In this document: positions 1 to 9,080 of the stretch, piece after piece | How positions within the stretch are numbered: the stretch's first letter is position 1 | Layout: every line of letters begins with the position of its first letter | NCBI RefSeq assembly: GCF_006345805.1 | Contig: NW_021823957.1 | Span: forward strand, 1 to 20,561 | Reading direction: 5' to 3' | DNA length: 20,561 nt | DNA from: Octopus sinensis | Lineage: Eukaryota | The notes under the pieces: generated by a model | What the model was told of the DNA's origin: nothing | The model's database searches: none | The model's input: only the letters and a program-made list of their open reading frames with translations | Program-made: the position numbers and the translations under genes

Positions 1-231
1 TGCCGGAGTCGCCATATATATTTATATATATATATATATATATAATCAATACAAGCAACAAGGATATCCAAAGGTAGTGTAGTACAATCGTTTCATGCTA
101 CTTCATTTAATTAATCAATGTAAGTATTACATCAGTTTCAAAATGTAGAGCACTCTTTAGCCACATATGGACCTTTTTAATTAAATTGACAATATACATT
201 TTTATACTTATTCCATTTAGACAGAGAGATA

Positions 232-262
<31 letters not shown>

Positions 263-269
263 ATATAAT

Positions 270-346
270 GGCGGTGCCCCAGCAGAATGGTGGTGCCCCA
301 GCATGGTCACAGCTCGTGAGATGAAACTAGATAAAATAAAAATAAA
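270..346 (+). mobile_element. SINE 3' tail fragment with a short internal duplication
   Basis: ggcggtgccccagca occurs twice (second copy tggtgccccagca), followed by tggtcacagctc...gaaactagataaaataaaa. It resembles the reverse complement of the SINE tails at 4903, 5427 and 5811. Confidence 0.65.
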
Positions 347-701
347 ATCATCATTGTTTAATGTCCATTCTCCATGCTAGCATGGGTTGGACGGTTCGAC
401 CGGGGATCTGGGAAGCCAGAAGGCTGCACCAGGCTCCAGTCTTATCTGGCAATGTTTCTACAGTTGGATGCCCTTCCTAACGCCAACCACTCCGAGAGTG
501 TAGTGGATGCTTTTTAGGTGCCACCTGCACAGGTGCCAGGCGAGACTGGCAACGGCCACGGTCGGATTGGTGCATTTTACGTGCCACCGGCACGGAAGCC
601 AGTCGAGGCGGCGCTGGCATCGGCCACGAGTCGGATAGTGCTTTTTACGTACCACCAGACCAGGGGTCCTGGCTGGTTCAATTCAATTTCGATTCGAATT
701 G
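347..701 (-). mobile_element. RTE-clade LINE 3' UTR fragment, or a non-autonomous derivative
   Basis: Aligns as the reverse complement to about 1200-1502: ccatgctagcatgggttggacggttcgacc, gcaccaggctcca, gatgcccttcctaacgccaaccact, and three gtgccacc-gcac modules. Has an (ATC)n-type tail at 347. Confidence 0.8.
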
Positions 702-737
702 AATATATATAATATATATAAAATAATATATATATAT

Positions 738-1502
738 GAGAGAAATGCTGGACATAACAAGCATCGGATGTGGCATGCAAGAAAGAAGTTTGCGCTGGTA
801 TAGTCATGTACTCCGGATGGATGAGGAGAGATGTGCGAAGAAGTGCCACTCCCAAACAGTTGAAGGTATCCGGGGTAGAAGTAGACCTAGGAAGACATGG
901 AATAAGGTGATCAAGCTTGATCTTCGAGAGTTGGGCCTCACAGAGGCAATGACGAAAGACCGAGACCTCTGGAGATATGCTGTGACAGCGAAGACCCGAC
1001 AAATAACGTGAGGCTGTTTCCTGCACCAGCTTCACATAACAGCCCCAACCCATCGAAAATACCTTGGATCGCAGGACGGCCTACTGTGCTTACCTTGGAT
1101 CGTAGGGTGACCTGCTTTGCTTGAGGAGACCTACTGAGTCAAGTACATCAACATCGAAATAAAAATCAAATGGAAATTGTAGTTGTGATACCCGTGCCAG
1201 TGGCACATACAAAACACCATCTCAACGAGGCTGATGCCAACGCCATCTTGAGTGGCTTCCGTGCTGGGGGCACATAAAAAGCACCAACCGATCGTGGCCG
1301 TTGCCAGCCTCCTGGGGTACCTGTGCTGGTGGCACGTAAGAAGCGCCCTCTAAACTCACAGAGTGGTTGGCGTTAGGAAGGGCATCCAGCTGTAGAGACA
1401 CTGCAAGATCAGATTGGAGCCTGGTGCAGCCTCCTGGCTTCCCAGACCACGGTCGAACCGTCCAACCCATGCTAGCTTGGAAAACGGACGTTAAACGATG
1501 AT
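738..1502 (+). mobile_element. 5'-truncated RTE-clade LINE: C-terminal ORF remnant (738-1011) plus 3' UTR
   Basis: Translation ERSLRWYSHVLRMDEERCAKK...GIRGRSRPRKTWNKVIKLDLRELGLTEAMTKDRDLWR matches the RTE C-terminal pattern RLRWxGHVxRM...RGRPRKTW...DRxxWR. Ends in gttaaacgatgat. Confidence 0.9.
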
Positions 1503-1795
1503 ATATATATATATATATTATATATATATATATATATGTATATATATACACACATTTCTGTATGTATGTATGTATGTATGTATGTATGTATGTACGTATG
1601 TATGTATGTATGTATGTATGTATGTATGTATGTATGTATGTATGTATGTATGTGTGTATATTTGTATGTATGTATATATGTATTATGTAAGTATTATGTA
1701 TGTATGTATGTATGTATGTACGTATGTATGTATGTATGTATGTATGTGTGTGTGTGTGTGCGTGCGTGCGTGTATTGTGGCTTTGTGTGTGTGTC
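1503..1795. repeat. Compound microsatellite (TA)n-(TATG)n-(TG)n
   Basis: Read directly from the sequence. Source of the spurious MYVC ORFs. Confidence 0.97.
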
Positions 1796-1819
1796 TGTCG
1801 TTTACGTTTATCTCCATGT

Positions 1820-1950
1820 GACTTTGCGGTTCGCTATAAAAGGCCAATAAAATCTACCAGACAAAAATAATAACTGGTGTCAGTTTCTTAGATTAAAATT
1901 CTTCAATGCGGTGCCCCAGCGTGGCCGCAGTCTAATAACTGAAAAAGTGA
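1820..1950 (+). mobile_element. Old diverged SINE 3' half
   Basis: aatgcggtgccccagcgtggccgcagtctaataactgaaaaag matches the SINE tail family at 4903 in the opposite orientation. Confidence 0.65.
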
Positions 1951-2200
1951 AAAAAACTACAAAATTCCTTGGTAACACTTTAAACTAAGGGACGTAACTC
2001 TTGTACCTCCCACTGTGGCTTTACCTGCTAGAAATAGCAGCCAAAATGGTTTTAAACCAGATCCCAATGCTGGATCTTCAAGAACCAAATGAAGAGCAGA
2101 GTTTCAATCCTGGGATCATCCTGATTCCAAAAGGGTAGAATATGTCTATGTAGACTGAGGGACAGGGGTCACAGGCACAAGGGAATTTCGCTTTTATTAA

Positions 2201-3412
2201 GGCGCGAGCTGGCAGAAACGTTTGCACGCCGGGCGAAATGCTTAGCAGTATTTCGTCTGCCTTTACGTTCTGGGTTCAAATTCCGCCGAGGTCGACTTAG
2301 CCTTTCATTCTTTCGGGGTCCATTAAATAAGTACCAGTTACGCACTGGGGTCGAAATAGACGACTTAATCCGTTTGTCTGTCCTGTTTGTCCCTCTGTGT
2401 TTAGCCCCTTGTGGGTAGTAAAGAAATAGGTATTTCGTCTGCCGTTACGTTCTGAGTTCAAATTCCGCCGAGGTCGACTTTGCCTTTCATCCTTTCGGGG
2501 TCCATTAAATAAGTACCAGTTACGCACTGGGGTCGATATAGTCGACTTAATCCGTTTGTCTGTCCTTGTTTGTCCCGTCTGGGTTATCCCCTTATGGGTA
2601 GTAAAGAAATAGGTATTTCGTCTGCCGTACGTTCTGAGTTCAAATTCCGCCGAGGTCGACTTTGCCTTTCATCTTTCGGGGTCCATTAAATAAGTACCAG
2701 TTACGCACTAGGGTCGATATTACCGACTTAATCCGTTTGTCTGTCCTTGTTTGTTCCGTCTGTGTTTATCCCCTGTGGGTAGTAAAGAAATAGGTATTTC
2801 GTCTGCCGTTACGTTCTGAGTTCAAATTCCGCCGAGGTCGACTTTGCCTTTCATCCTTTCGGGGTCCATTAAATAAGTACCAGTTACGCACTGGGGTCGA
2901 TACAGACGACTTAATCCGTTTGTCTGTCCTTGTTTGTCCTCTCTGTGTTTAGCCCCTTGTGGGTAGTAAAGAAATAGGTATTTCGTCTGCCGTTACGTTC
3001 TGAGTTCAAATTCCGCCGAGGTCGACTTTGCCTTTCATCCTTTCGGGGTCCATTAAATAAGTACCAGTTACGCACTAGGGTCGATATTACCGACTTAATC
3101 CGTTTGTCTGTCCTTGTTTGTTCCGTCTGTGTTTATCCCCTGTGGGTAGTAAAGAAATAGGTATTTCGTCTGCCGTTACGTTCTGAGTTCAAATTCCGCC
3201 GAGGTCGACTTTGCCTTTCATCCTTTCGGGGTCCATTAAATAAGTACCAGTTACGCACTAGGGTCGATATTACCGACTTAATCCGTTTGTCTGTCCTTGT
3301 TTGTCCCGTCTGTGTTTAGCCCCTTGTAGGTAGTAAAGAAATAGGTATTTCGTCTGCCGTTACGTTCTGAGTTCAAATTCCGCCGAGGTCGACTTGCCTT
3401 TCATCCTTTCGG
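2201..3412 (+). mobile_element. tRNA-derived SINE (probably Meta-like central domain) expanded into a tandem array: one 5' head, 6 full 181-184 bp units and one partial unit
   Basis: Head ggcgcgagctggcagaaacg (A-box-like) occurs only once. Units start at 2248, 2430, 2613, 2794, 2978, 3161 and 3345. Each unit has the B-box-like gttcaaattcc and the block gtcgactttgcctttcatcctttcggggtc...aataagtaccag. The domain name is from recall only. Confidence 0.88.
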
Positions 3413-3425
3413 ATGGTATAATAAT

Positions 3426-3481
3426 AACACACTCACCGGTAAAATTCCCACTTTTTTCTTATTTTTATTGTACTTGCAACC
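3426..3481. mobile_element. MITE/DNA-transposon terminal fragment, internally deleted
   Basis: Carries a perfect 43-bp inverted match (3429-3471) to 3590-3632 and ends ...cttgcaacc next to (TA)n. Confidence 0.7.
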
Positions 3482-3487
3482 TATATA

Positions 3488-3522
<35 letters not shown>

Positions 3523-3559
3523 ATATATTATATATATACATACAATATATATATATATA

Positions 3560-3688
3560 CAGGATGCAAGACGCAACGAAAATTTTAGGACAATAAAAAT
3601 AAGAAAAAAGTGGGAATTTTACCGGTGAGTGTTTTACATAATAAGGCACAAAAAGAAAATGATTCTCTCCAGACACAACAGAATTATT
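3560..3688. mobile_element. MITE/DNA-transposon terminal segment starting TA|cagg
   Basis: Starts caggatgcaagacgcaacg after (TA)n. 3610-3688 aligns as the reverse complement to 6893-6967. Confidence 0.7.
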
Positions 3689-3811
3689 GAACTTCAGTAT
3701 TACAACAACCAAAAAATAGAAACACATTTTCTTATGCGAATATAGTGTTGCGTTGACAATTTCAATTTAAAGTTTTTATTCATTCTGCAAATCTTGTCCG
3801 TTGATCCCATG

Positions 3812-4135
3812 CTAAAAACGTCCTTATAGACATTGGTTTGAGTTTTACCTGTAGGGGCGAAAATGATAAAATTGTCTTTGCTCCCCACTCTGGAACCCCA
3901 GGATATGTCTGTGTGAAAAACAACCCTTCTCCAATTGCAAAGAAGTAACTTTGAATGTCTGATCTTGGTACTTATCAATGGACATCGCAAGAGACTGACG
4001 TATTGGAAATCGAAGTCGTTTGAGTTCGAAGGGAATATTTGAAGGTATTAAACTTAAGTGAGGCATAAATATATCTTCACCTTTTCCAAAGACAAAAAAT
4101 ATTCTGGCTTCTATGATATTTCTCGTTAATTTTTT
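3812..4135 (-). mobile_element. Helitron RepHel PIF1-like helicase C-terminal fragment, frameshifted
   Basis: Joined frames read KKLTRNIIEARI..GKGEDIFMPHLSLIPSNIPFELKRLRFPIRQSLAMSIDKYQDQTFKVTSLQLEKGCFSH / SRVGSKDNFIIFAPTGKTQTNVYKDVF. This matches the Helitron helicase end ([53 protein letters not shown]). Confidence 0.88.
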
Positions 4136-4217
4136 GGATTTTCTTTTGTTATTGTCTGCTATTCATACAGGCGCACAAGAAGTGTATGAACATACACACT
4201 ACTTGTGTTTGTACTTC

Positions 4218-4224
<7 letters not shown>

Positions 4225-4264
<40 letters not shown>

Positions 4265-4286
4265 GTATATATACATATATGTGTGC

Positions 4287-4340
<54 letters not shown>
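4225..4340. repeat. (TCTA)n, (TA)n and (AG)25 microsatellites
   Basis: Read directly; (AG)n spans 4291-4340. Confidence 0.97.
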
Positions 4341-4346
<6 letters not shown>

Positions 4347-4721
4347 AACTATAGATACAGGTACATAAAAATACCTTAGGAATGTGAACTCAGGTTTCAA
4401 ATTTCCCCAAGACACCTGATGAAGCCTGGCGGGTATAAAAAATAACATGTAGAATTTCTTCCCTTGCGTCATATAAAACCGACGTGAGAGTTTCAAATTG
4501 AAATGGGTTCGTTTTTCGCTTGCGAAGGGGACACGAGCATTGGCGCACCAACAGACACACATACGCATGCAAGCTTCCTGCTGATACCTTTAACAATTAA
4601 ACATCAACTAGCTTATAATTTACATTTAATTACACGCCACAACTATATAAAGTAATAACAATATCTAGTACAACCCTTTGTTATTATTTTGTTTCAGATA
4701 TGCGTGTCTGAGTATATACAC

Positions 4722-4870
4722 CTATGTATGTATGTATGTATGTATGTATGTATGTATGTATGTATGTATGTATGTATGTATGTATGAAGATATATAGACA
4801 TTTATAAAGATAGATAGATAAATAGACAGATAGATATATAGATACATATATATATATCTATATATCTATA

Positions 4871-4902
<32 letters not shown>
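4722..4902. repeat. (TATG)n, (TAGA)n and (TA)n microsatellites
   Basis: Read directly. Confidence 0.95.
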
Positions 4903-4906
<4 letters not shown>

Positions 4907-5288
4907 ACTTGTTTCAGTCATTTGACTGCGGCCATGCTGGAGCACCAGCTTTAGTCGAGCAAATCGACCCCGGGACTTATTCTTTGTAAGCCCAGTACTT
5001 ATTCTATCGGTCTCTTTTGCCGAACCGCTAAGTGACGGGGACGTACACACACCAGCATCGGTTGTCAAGCAATGCTAGGAGGACAAACACAGACACACAA
5101 ACACACACATACATATATTATATGCATGTATACGATAGGCTTCTTTCAGTTTCCGTCTACCAAATCCACTCAAAAGGCTTTGGTCGGCCCGGGGCTATAG
5201 CAGAAGACACTTGCCCAAGATGCCACGCAGTGGGACTGAACCCAGAACCATGTGGTTGGTTAGCAAGCCACACTGCCACTCCAGCGAC
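4903..5288 (-). mobile_element. Near full-length tRNA-derived SINE with a CORE-like central block
   Basis: Minus strand reads head ...ctaaccaaccacatggttctgggttcagtccc (B-box-like), then catcttgggcaagtgtcttct (CORE-like), an internal TG/TA tract, and tail ggtgctccagcatggccgcagtcaaatgactgaaacaagtaaaa. Confidence 0.85.
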
Positions 5289-5426
5289 TATGTTTATATA
5301 TTTATTGCCTAAACTGGCAAAACGACCATTCCGAATTATAACCATATATATATATATATATATGTATACATATATGGTTGTATGTATATATATATATATA
5401 TATATATGCATCAAAATATATTGTAT

Positions 5427-5590
5427 ACTCTTTTACATGTTTCAGTCATTTGACTGTGGCCATGCTGGAGCACCGACTTTTGTCCAGTAGATCGACTCGA
5501 GGACCTATTATTTGTAAACCTAGTACTTATTCTATCGGTCTCATATACCGAACCGCTAAGTTATGGGGACGCAAACACACCAGCACGCTC
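5427..5590 (-). mobile_element. SINE 3' half, same family as 4903-5288
   Basis: Collinear match to 4903-5065 (tttcagtcatttgactg, agtacttattctatcggtctc, ccgaaccgctaag). Confidence 0.85.
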
Positions 5591-5669
5591 GTAGCTATTT
5601 ATGCTTTAAAAATGTTGACCTTAAAACCGTGACATTCTGAAGAAATTTTATGAGTGTGTGGGTCAGCCA

Positions 5670-5672
<3 letters not shown>

Positions 5673-5724
<52 letters not shown>
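5673..5724. repeat. (TG)26 microsatellite
   Basis: Read directly. Confidence 0.98.
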
Positions 5725-5732
<8 letters not shown>

Positions 5733-5810
5733 CATTTCTGTTTCGCTGAATTTGTGAAAGCGGGACGGAGAAGTTGTTGACATCGATAACAATTTTCGTA
5801 TATTGCTTCT

Positions 5811-5925
5811 TCTTTTTTTAATTGTTTCAGTCATTAAATTGCGGCCATGCTGGGTTACCGCCTTGCAGGATTTTTAGTCGAACCAATTGACCTCATTAAA
5901 GTACATTTTTCAGCCTGGTAAGTAT
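5811..5925 (-). mobile_element. Diverged SINE 3' tail
   Basis: tgtttcagtcattaaattgcggccatgctggg...tttagtcgaaccaattgacc is similar to the 4903 copy. Confidence 0.75.
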
Positions 5926-5936
5926 CCGCTCAGTTT

Positions 5937-5985
5937 ATATATATATTATATATATATATGTATGTATATATATATATAAATATAT

Positions 5986-6019
<34 letters not shown>

Positions 6020-6035
6020 TGTATTATTATATATA

Positions 6036-6070
<35 letters not shown>

Positions 6071-6255
6071 TTATATATATATATATATATATAACAATTG
6101 CAGCGTGGAAGGCTTATAAACACCTTCCACGCTGCAATTGTTTTCGTTCCAGCACACGATCTCAGATCAAGTCACTCGCTATACAAAACAGTCATCTCCG
6201 TAATATATATAAATAAATATATGTACATATATACATATATATGTACATATATAGA

Positions 6256-6296
<41 letters not shown>

Positions 6297-6312
6297 GTAT
6301 ATGTATATATAC
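5937..6312. repeat. (TA)n/(TATG)n tracts flanking a ~110-bp non-simple insert (6093-6200)
   Basis: Read directly. Confidence 0.9.
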
Positions 6313-6314
6313 AC

Positions 6315-6600
6315 ATTCCTTAAATCGTAGTCTTCGTTTCTACTGGGGGCTCTTTCCATAAAGAAGTTTAGCATATAGCATCTCTTTAGGGATCCTCTGA
6401 TCATTAATCTAAAGAAAATGTCCAGTCCATCATTATACTCTGTGCTTTTATAATTTGACAATTTAAACCTCTCTTCTCTGGGCAACATATTTTCCTTTTG
6501 ATGCTTTTAAAATATGAAAATTACTTTGACAGTCATTGACCAGAACAAGACGAAGATCTCAGTCAGTAAAGGAATTTGTCTGGGGTCATCAAAGTTTGAA
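6315..6600 (-). mobile_element. Decayed RTE-clade LINE ORF fragment
   Basis: Minus translation WTGHF / NDQRIPKEMLYAKLLYGKSPQ*KRRLRFKECV resembles RTE RWxGHVxRMxDxRIPKQLLYxEL..GKR..GxPRLRFKD. Confidence 0.7.
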
Positions 6601-6892
6601 GTTACTCTTTTTAGTTTTATAAAGTCACTAAAAGTCTTACGTTTTCTCAATTTAAAGAAAACTAACACTTTTATAAATGAGTTTATTGTTACGCATTAAA
6701 TGTTAAACTAAATTTGCTCCAGCTGGTCTATATAAACAGTAACCTATAGCTTTGAACAGCTTTATTATTTTGTTGTGTATTTACATGGCATATAATGTGT
6801 GAATAGAATTTCTCCCCCAGTTATCCAAGCAAAAAATCAGAAACTTATGTTATCAATTTATTTAGAAGAATTTTGTACAAAGTTTGATACAA

Positions 6893-6967
6893 AATAATTT
6901 TGTTGTGTCTGGGGAGAGTCATTCTCTTTTAGTGCCTTATTATTTAACACACTCACCGGTAAAATTT
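6893..6967. mobile_element. MITE fragment, same family as 3426-3481 and 3560-3688
   Basis: tgttgtgtctggggagagtcattctcttttagtgccttattatttaacacactcaccggtaaaattt aligns to the reverse complement of 3610-3688. Confidence 0.75.
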
Positions 6968-7785
6968 CGTTTTGCTTTAATAGTAATTATCAATTTCTGA
7001 ATAAAGTTTCTTTTTATCTAATTTAAATATCTTGATTATTTAATTTGAAAACAATCAGGTTTGTTCACTTCTATCACAAAAGAATCCAATAAAAAGTGGA
7101 AAATACTTATGAATCTTCCTTTCCAATTCCACAAAAGTCTGCTCGGTAGAGCTTCCTGTCCCATCTTATAATGTACATAAAGGTCTCATGTGTGTTACTT
7201 ATTTAATCTTGGTCTCTGCTGTAAGAACTTGAAATCTAATTTCAAATTAAAATAACAGTGGAGTAATATGAAGGTAAATATTGTAGGGAAGAATTGTACT
7301 CTTCCTTTATCTGAAGTTATTCAAAATGAGGGAGACACTGTGGCTTTTCCACAATCACATGCAATTAAAACAACAAATGTTGTGTCAGGATTTTTCAGCA
7401 CAGCTATTGTTTAATTATAATTTTTTTGATTTATTTTCATATGTATAATAGTGAAGTTTTATTTTTACTGACGGAAATTGCAGTCATTAGTAAATAACGA
7501 AGGTCATAAAGTAAGAATATAAAATTAAAATATTGTATATTGCACTCAAAACCCCCTGAATTTAAACCACAACAGGACAAAGTGAGATATATCCTTAGAT
7601 ACATCAGGTATTATATAGAAATACTATCTCTATAGGATATATAAAGGGAAAAGACATCAATATATATATATATACCAGGCATTCTACTCTCAGCTAAAAA
7701 TGAAGGTAGATAGCTATCAATATAGCAGAAGATATTAAAGCTGTCTATATAACAATGGGGTTGTTTAGGGAGGGGATTAGATATA

Positions 7786-7832
7786 CAACAACAGCAACAA
7801 CAATAATGAACATTTCAAAGTTTGTCTTTATT
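7786..7832 (-). terminator. Candidate polyadenylation site of the death-domain gene
   Basis: On the minus strand: AATAAA at 7832-7827, a CA about 19 nt downstream (7808-7807), then a GU-rich element ttgttgttgctgttgttgt. It is the first such arrangement I see after the stop codon. AT-rich DNA makes chance hexamers common. Confidence 0.45.
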
Positions 7833-8073
7833 TTAAATGTGAATTTTAACAAAGGAGCCAAACCAGTGAATGGATCACTATGTGGCTGATATACCTGCTA
7901 GAATTAGCAGCTAAATTCACACGATATCACTGTACAGAAGGGCATATTGGACAATGTGGTTGTGGGTTCTCTTTGGAAATAGGCATGATGGTCTTGGCTG
8001 GCATGCGTTTGATCATAAGTCTCTGTTTGGTCAAGGTTAATCTGAGGCTAAACAACAACAGTTACACAGAAAT

Positions 8074-8273
8074 TCACTTTGCGTCTAATGACAGACATTC
8101 CATCGCAGCGACACATTCAGCTTCTTCAAGAGCTGCACGTAATGTTGCGTGTGTCCGTGTTTCTGGGTCGCAATTCCTGTACCATTCGTAAAGCATCAGG
8201 TAGCCTTGTTTTACAGCGTCAATAGACTCATCATCAATTTTCAGTTTAGTTGTATCAACTCCTAAAACTATCG
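8074..8273 (-). CDS. Terminal coding exon of a death-domain protein (C-terminal part of the domain; PIDD1-like death domain by recalled similarity)
   Basis: Pyrimidine tract plus ttttgcag acceptor (AG at 8275-8274), phase 1. Encodes (A)IVLGVDTTKLKIDDESIDAVKQGYLMLYEWYRNCDPETRTHATLRAALEEAECVAAMECLSLDAK*, with death-domain LG...ML..W...L..AL spacing. Confidence 0.85.
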
Positions 8274-8629
8274 CTGCAAAAGACACAACAATAAGAAATA
8301 AATGCAACAACCTTAACAATATTAACAATAATATAAAAGATGTGTGTTGTTATAAACATGACAAAGAAACTATTTCAAGAGAGAAATATAAAAAAATAGC
8401 TAAGAAACAAGAAAATTATAAGACATTGTTTTCTATTTCTAGGGATGATGAGAAAAATAACAAAGTGGTTAAATTAATGGAGATTTTTTTAAAGAATTAA
8501 TTAAAGTTTACACTTGAGAATCTTTTAAGGTAAACCGATGGCAGATGTGTTTGTGAAGGCAAAAGTGCATGAGAACCTAAAGAATCAACATAGGGTACCA
8601 ACAGGCAAACCATTTGATCCATTCATTTC

Positions 8630-9080
8630 CTCTGCTCAATATTTCTGGGAGAGTTGTAGGGATAGAGTCCCCTGGCATTTCTTCCATTGGGGCCTATCAG
8701 ATGTAACCATCATTACATATTTTGGTTGGATTCCCAAGCATCAACAACTAAGTCTATGGATATCATCCAACTATTTAGTGCTTGGTCTACCCCTGGGTCT
8801 CCTACTCCATTTGTTTGGCTGGAAGAACCTGTCTTGTAATTCATTCCTGCGACATTCTGATCACATGTCCTAGGTACCAGAGATGTGAAGAAGTGGCACA
8901 ACCTGGAGAGACTCGCAGATCTCTGAACTATACATCCTATTGGGTAACATTACTCCAGAGACCCTTCAGAGAAATCCCATATATCTGTCTTAATCTGGCA
9001 GATTTCAGATCTGATATTCAAAGGGTCATGAAAGTAATGTCTCTCTGTGAAATTAATCACCTTGCAAAGTTCCCAAAATG
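8630..9080 (-). mobile_element. Decayed RTE-clade LINE C-terminal fragment inside the last intron
   Basis: Minus frames read LRQIYGISL / RMYSSEICESLQVVPLL / YLGHVIRMSQE*ITRQVL / RRPRGRPSTK*LDDI..LGIQP..SDRPQWK, which is the RTE C-terminal pattern. Confidence 0.75.

Noticed and set aside
2201-2290. tRNA gene (also 5225-5288)
   Set aside because: Only A/B-box-like motifs are present. I could not fold a cloverleaf, and both continue into SINE bodies.
2248-3412. CRISPR-like array
   Set aside because: The units are ~183 bp near-identical head-to-tail SINE bodies with no unique spacers and no cas genes, in a eukaryotic context.
7880-8191. 103-aa plus-strand ORF
   Set aside because: Antisense shadow of the death-domain exon and its UTR, with no recognisable motif.
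8274-8328. Signal-peptide-like N-terminus MLILLRLLHLFLIVVSFA of ORF 8074..8328
   Set aside because: It is the translated T-rich acceptor region of the intron. The exon starts at 8273 after ttttgcag.
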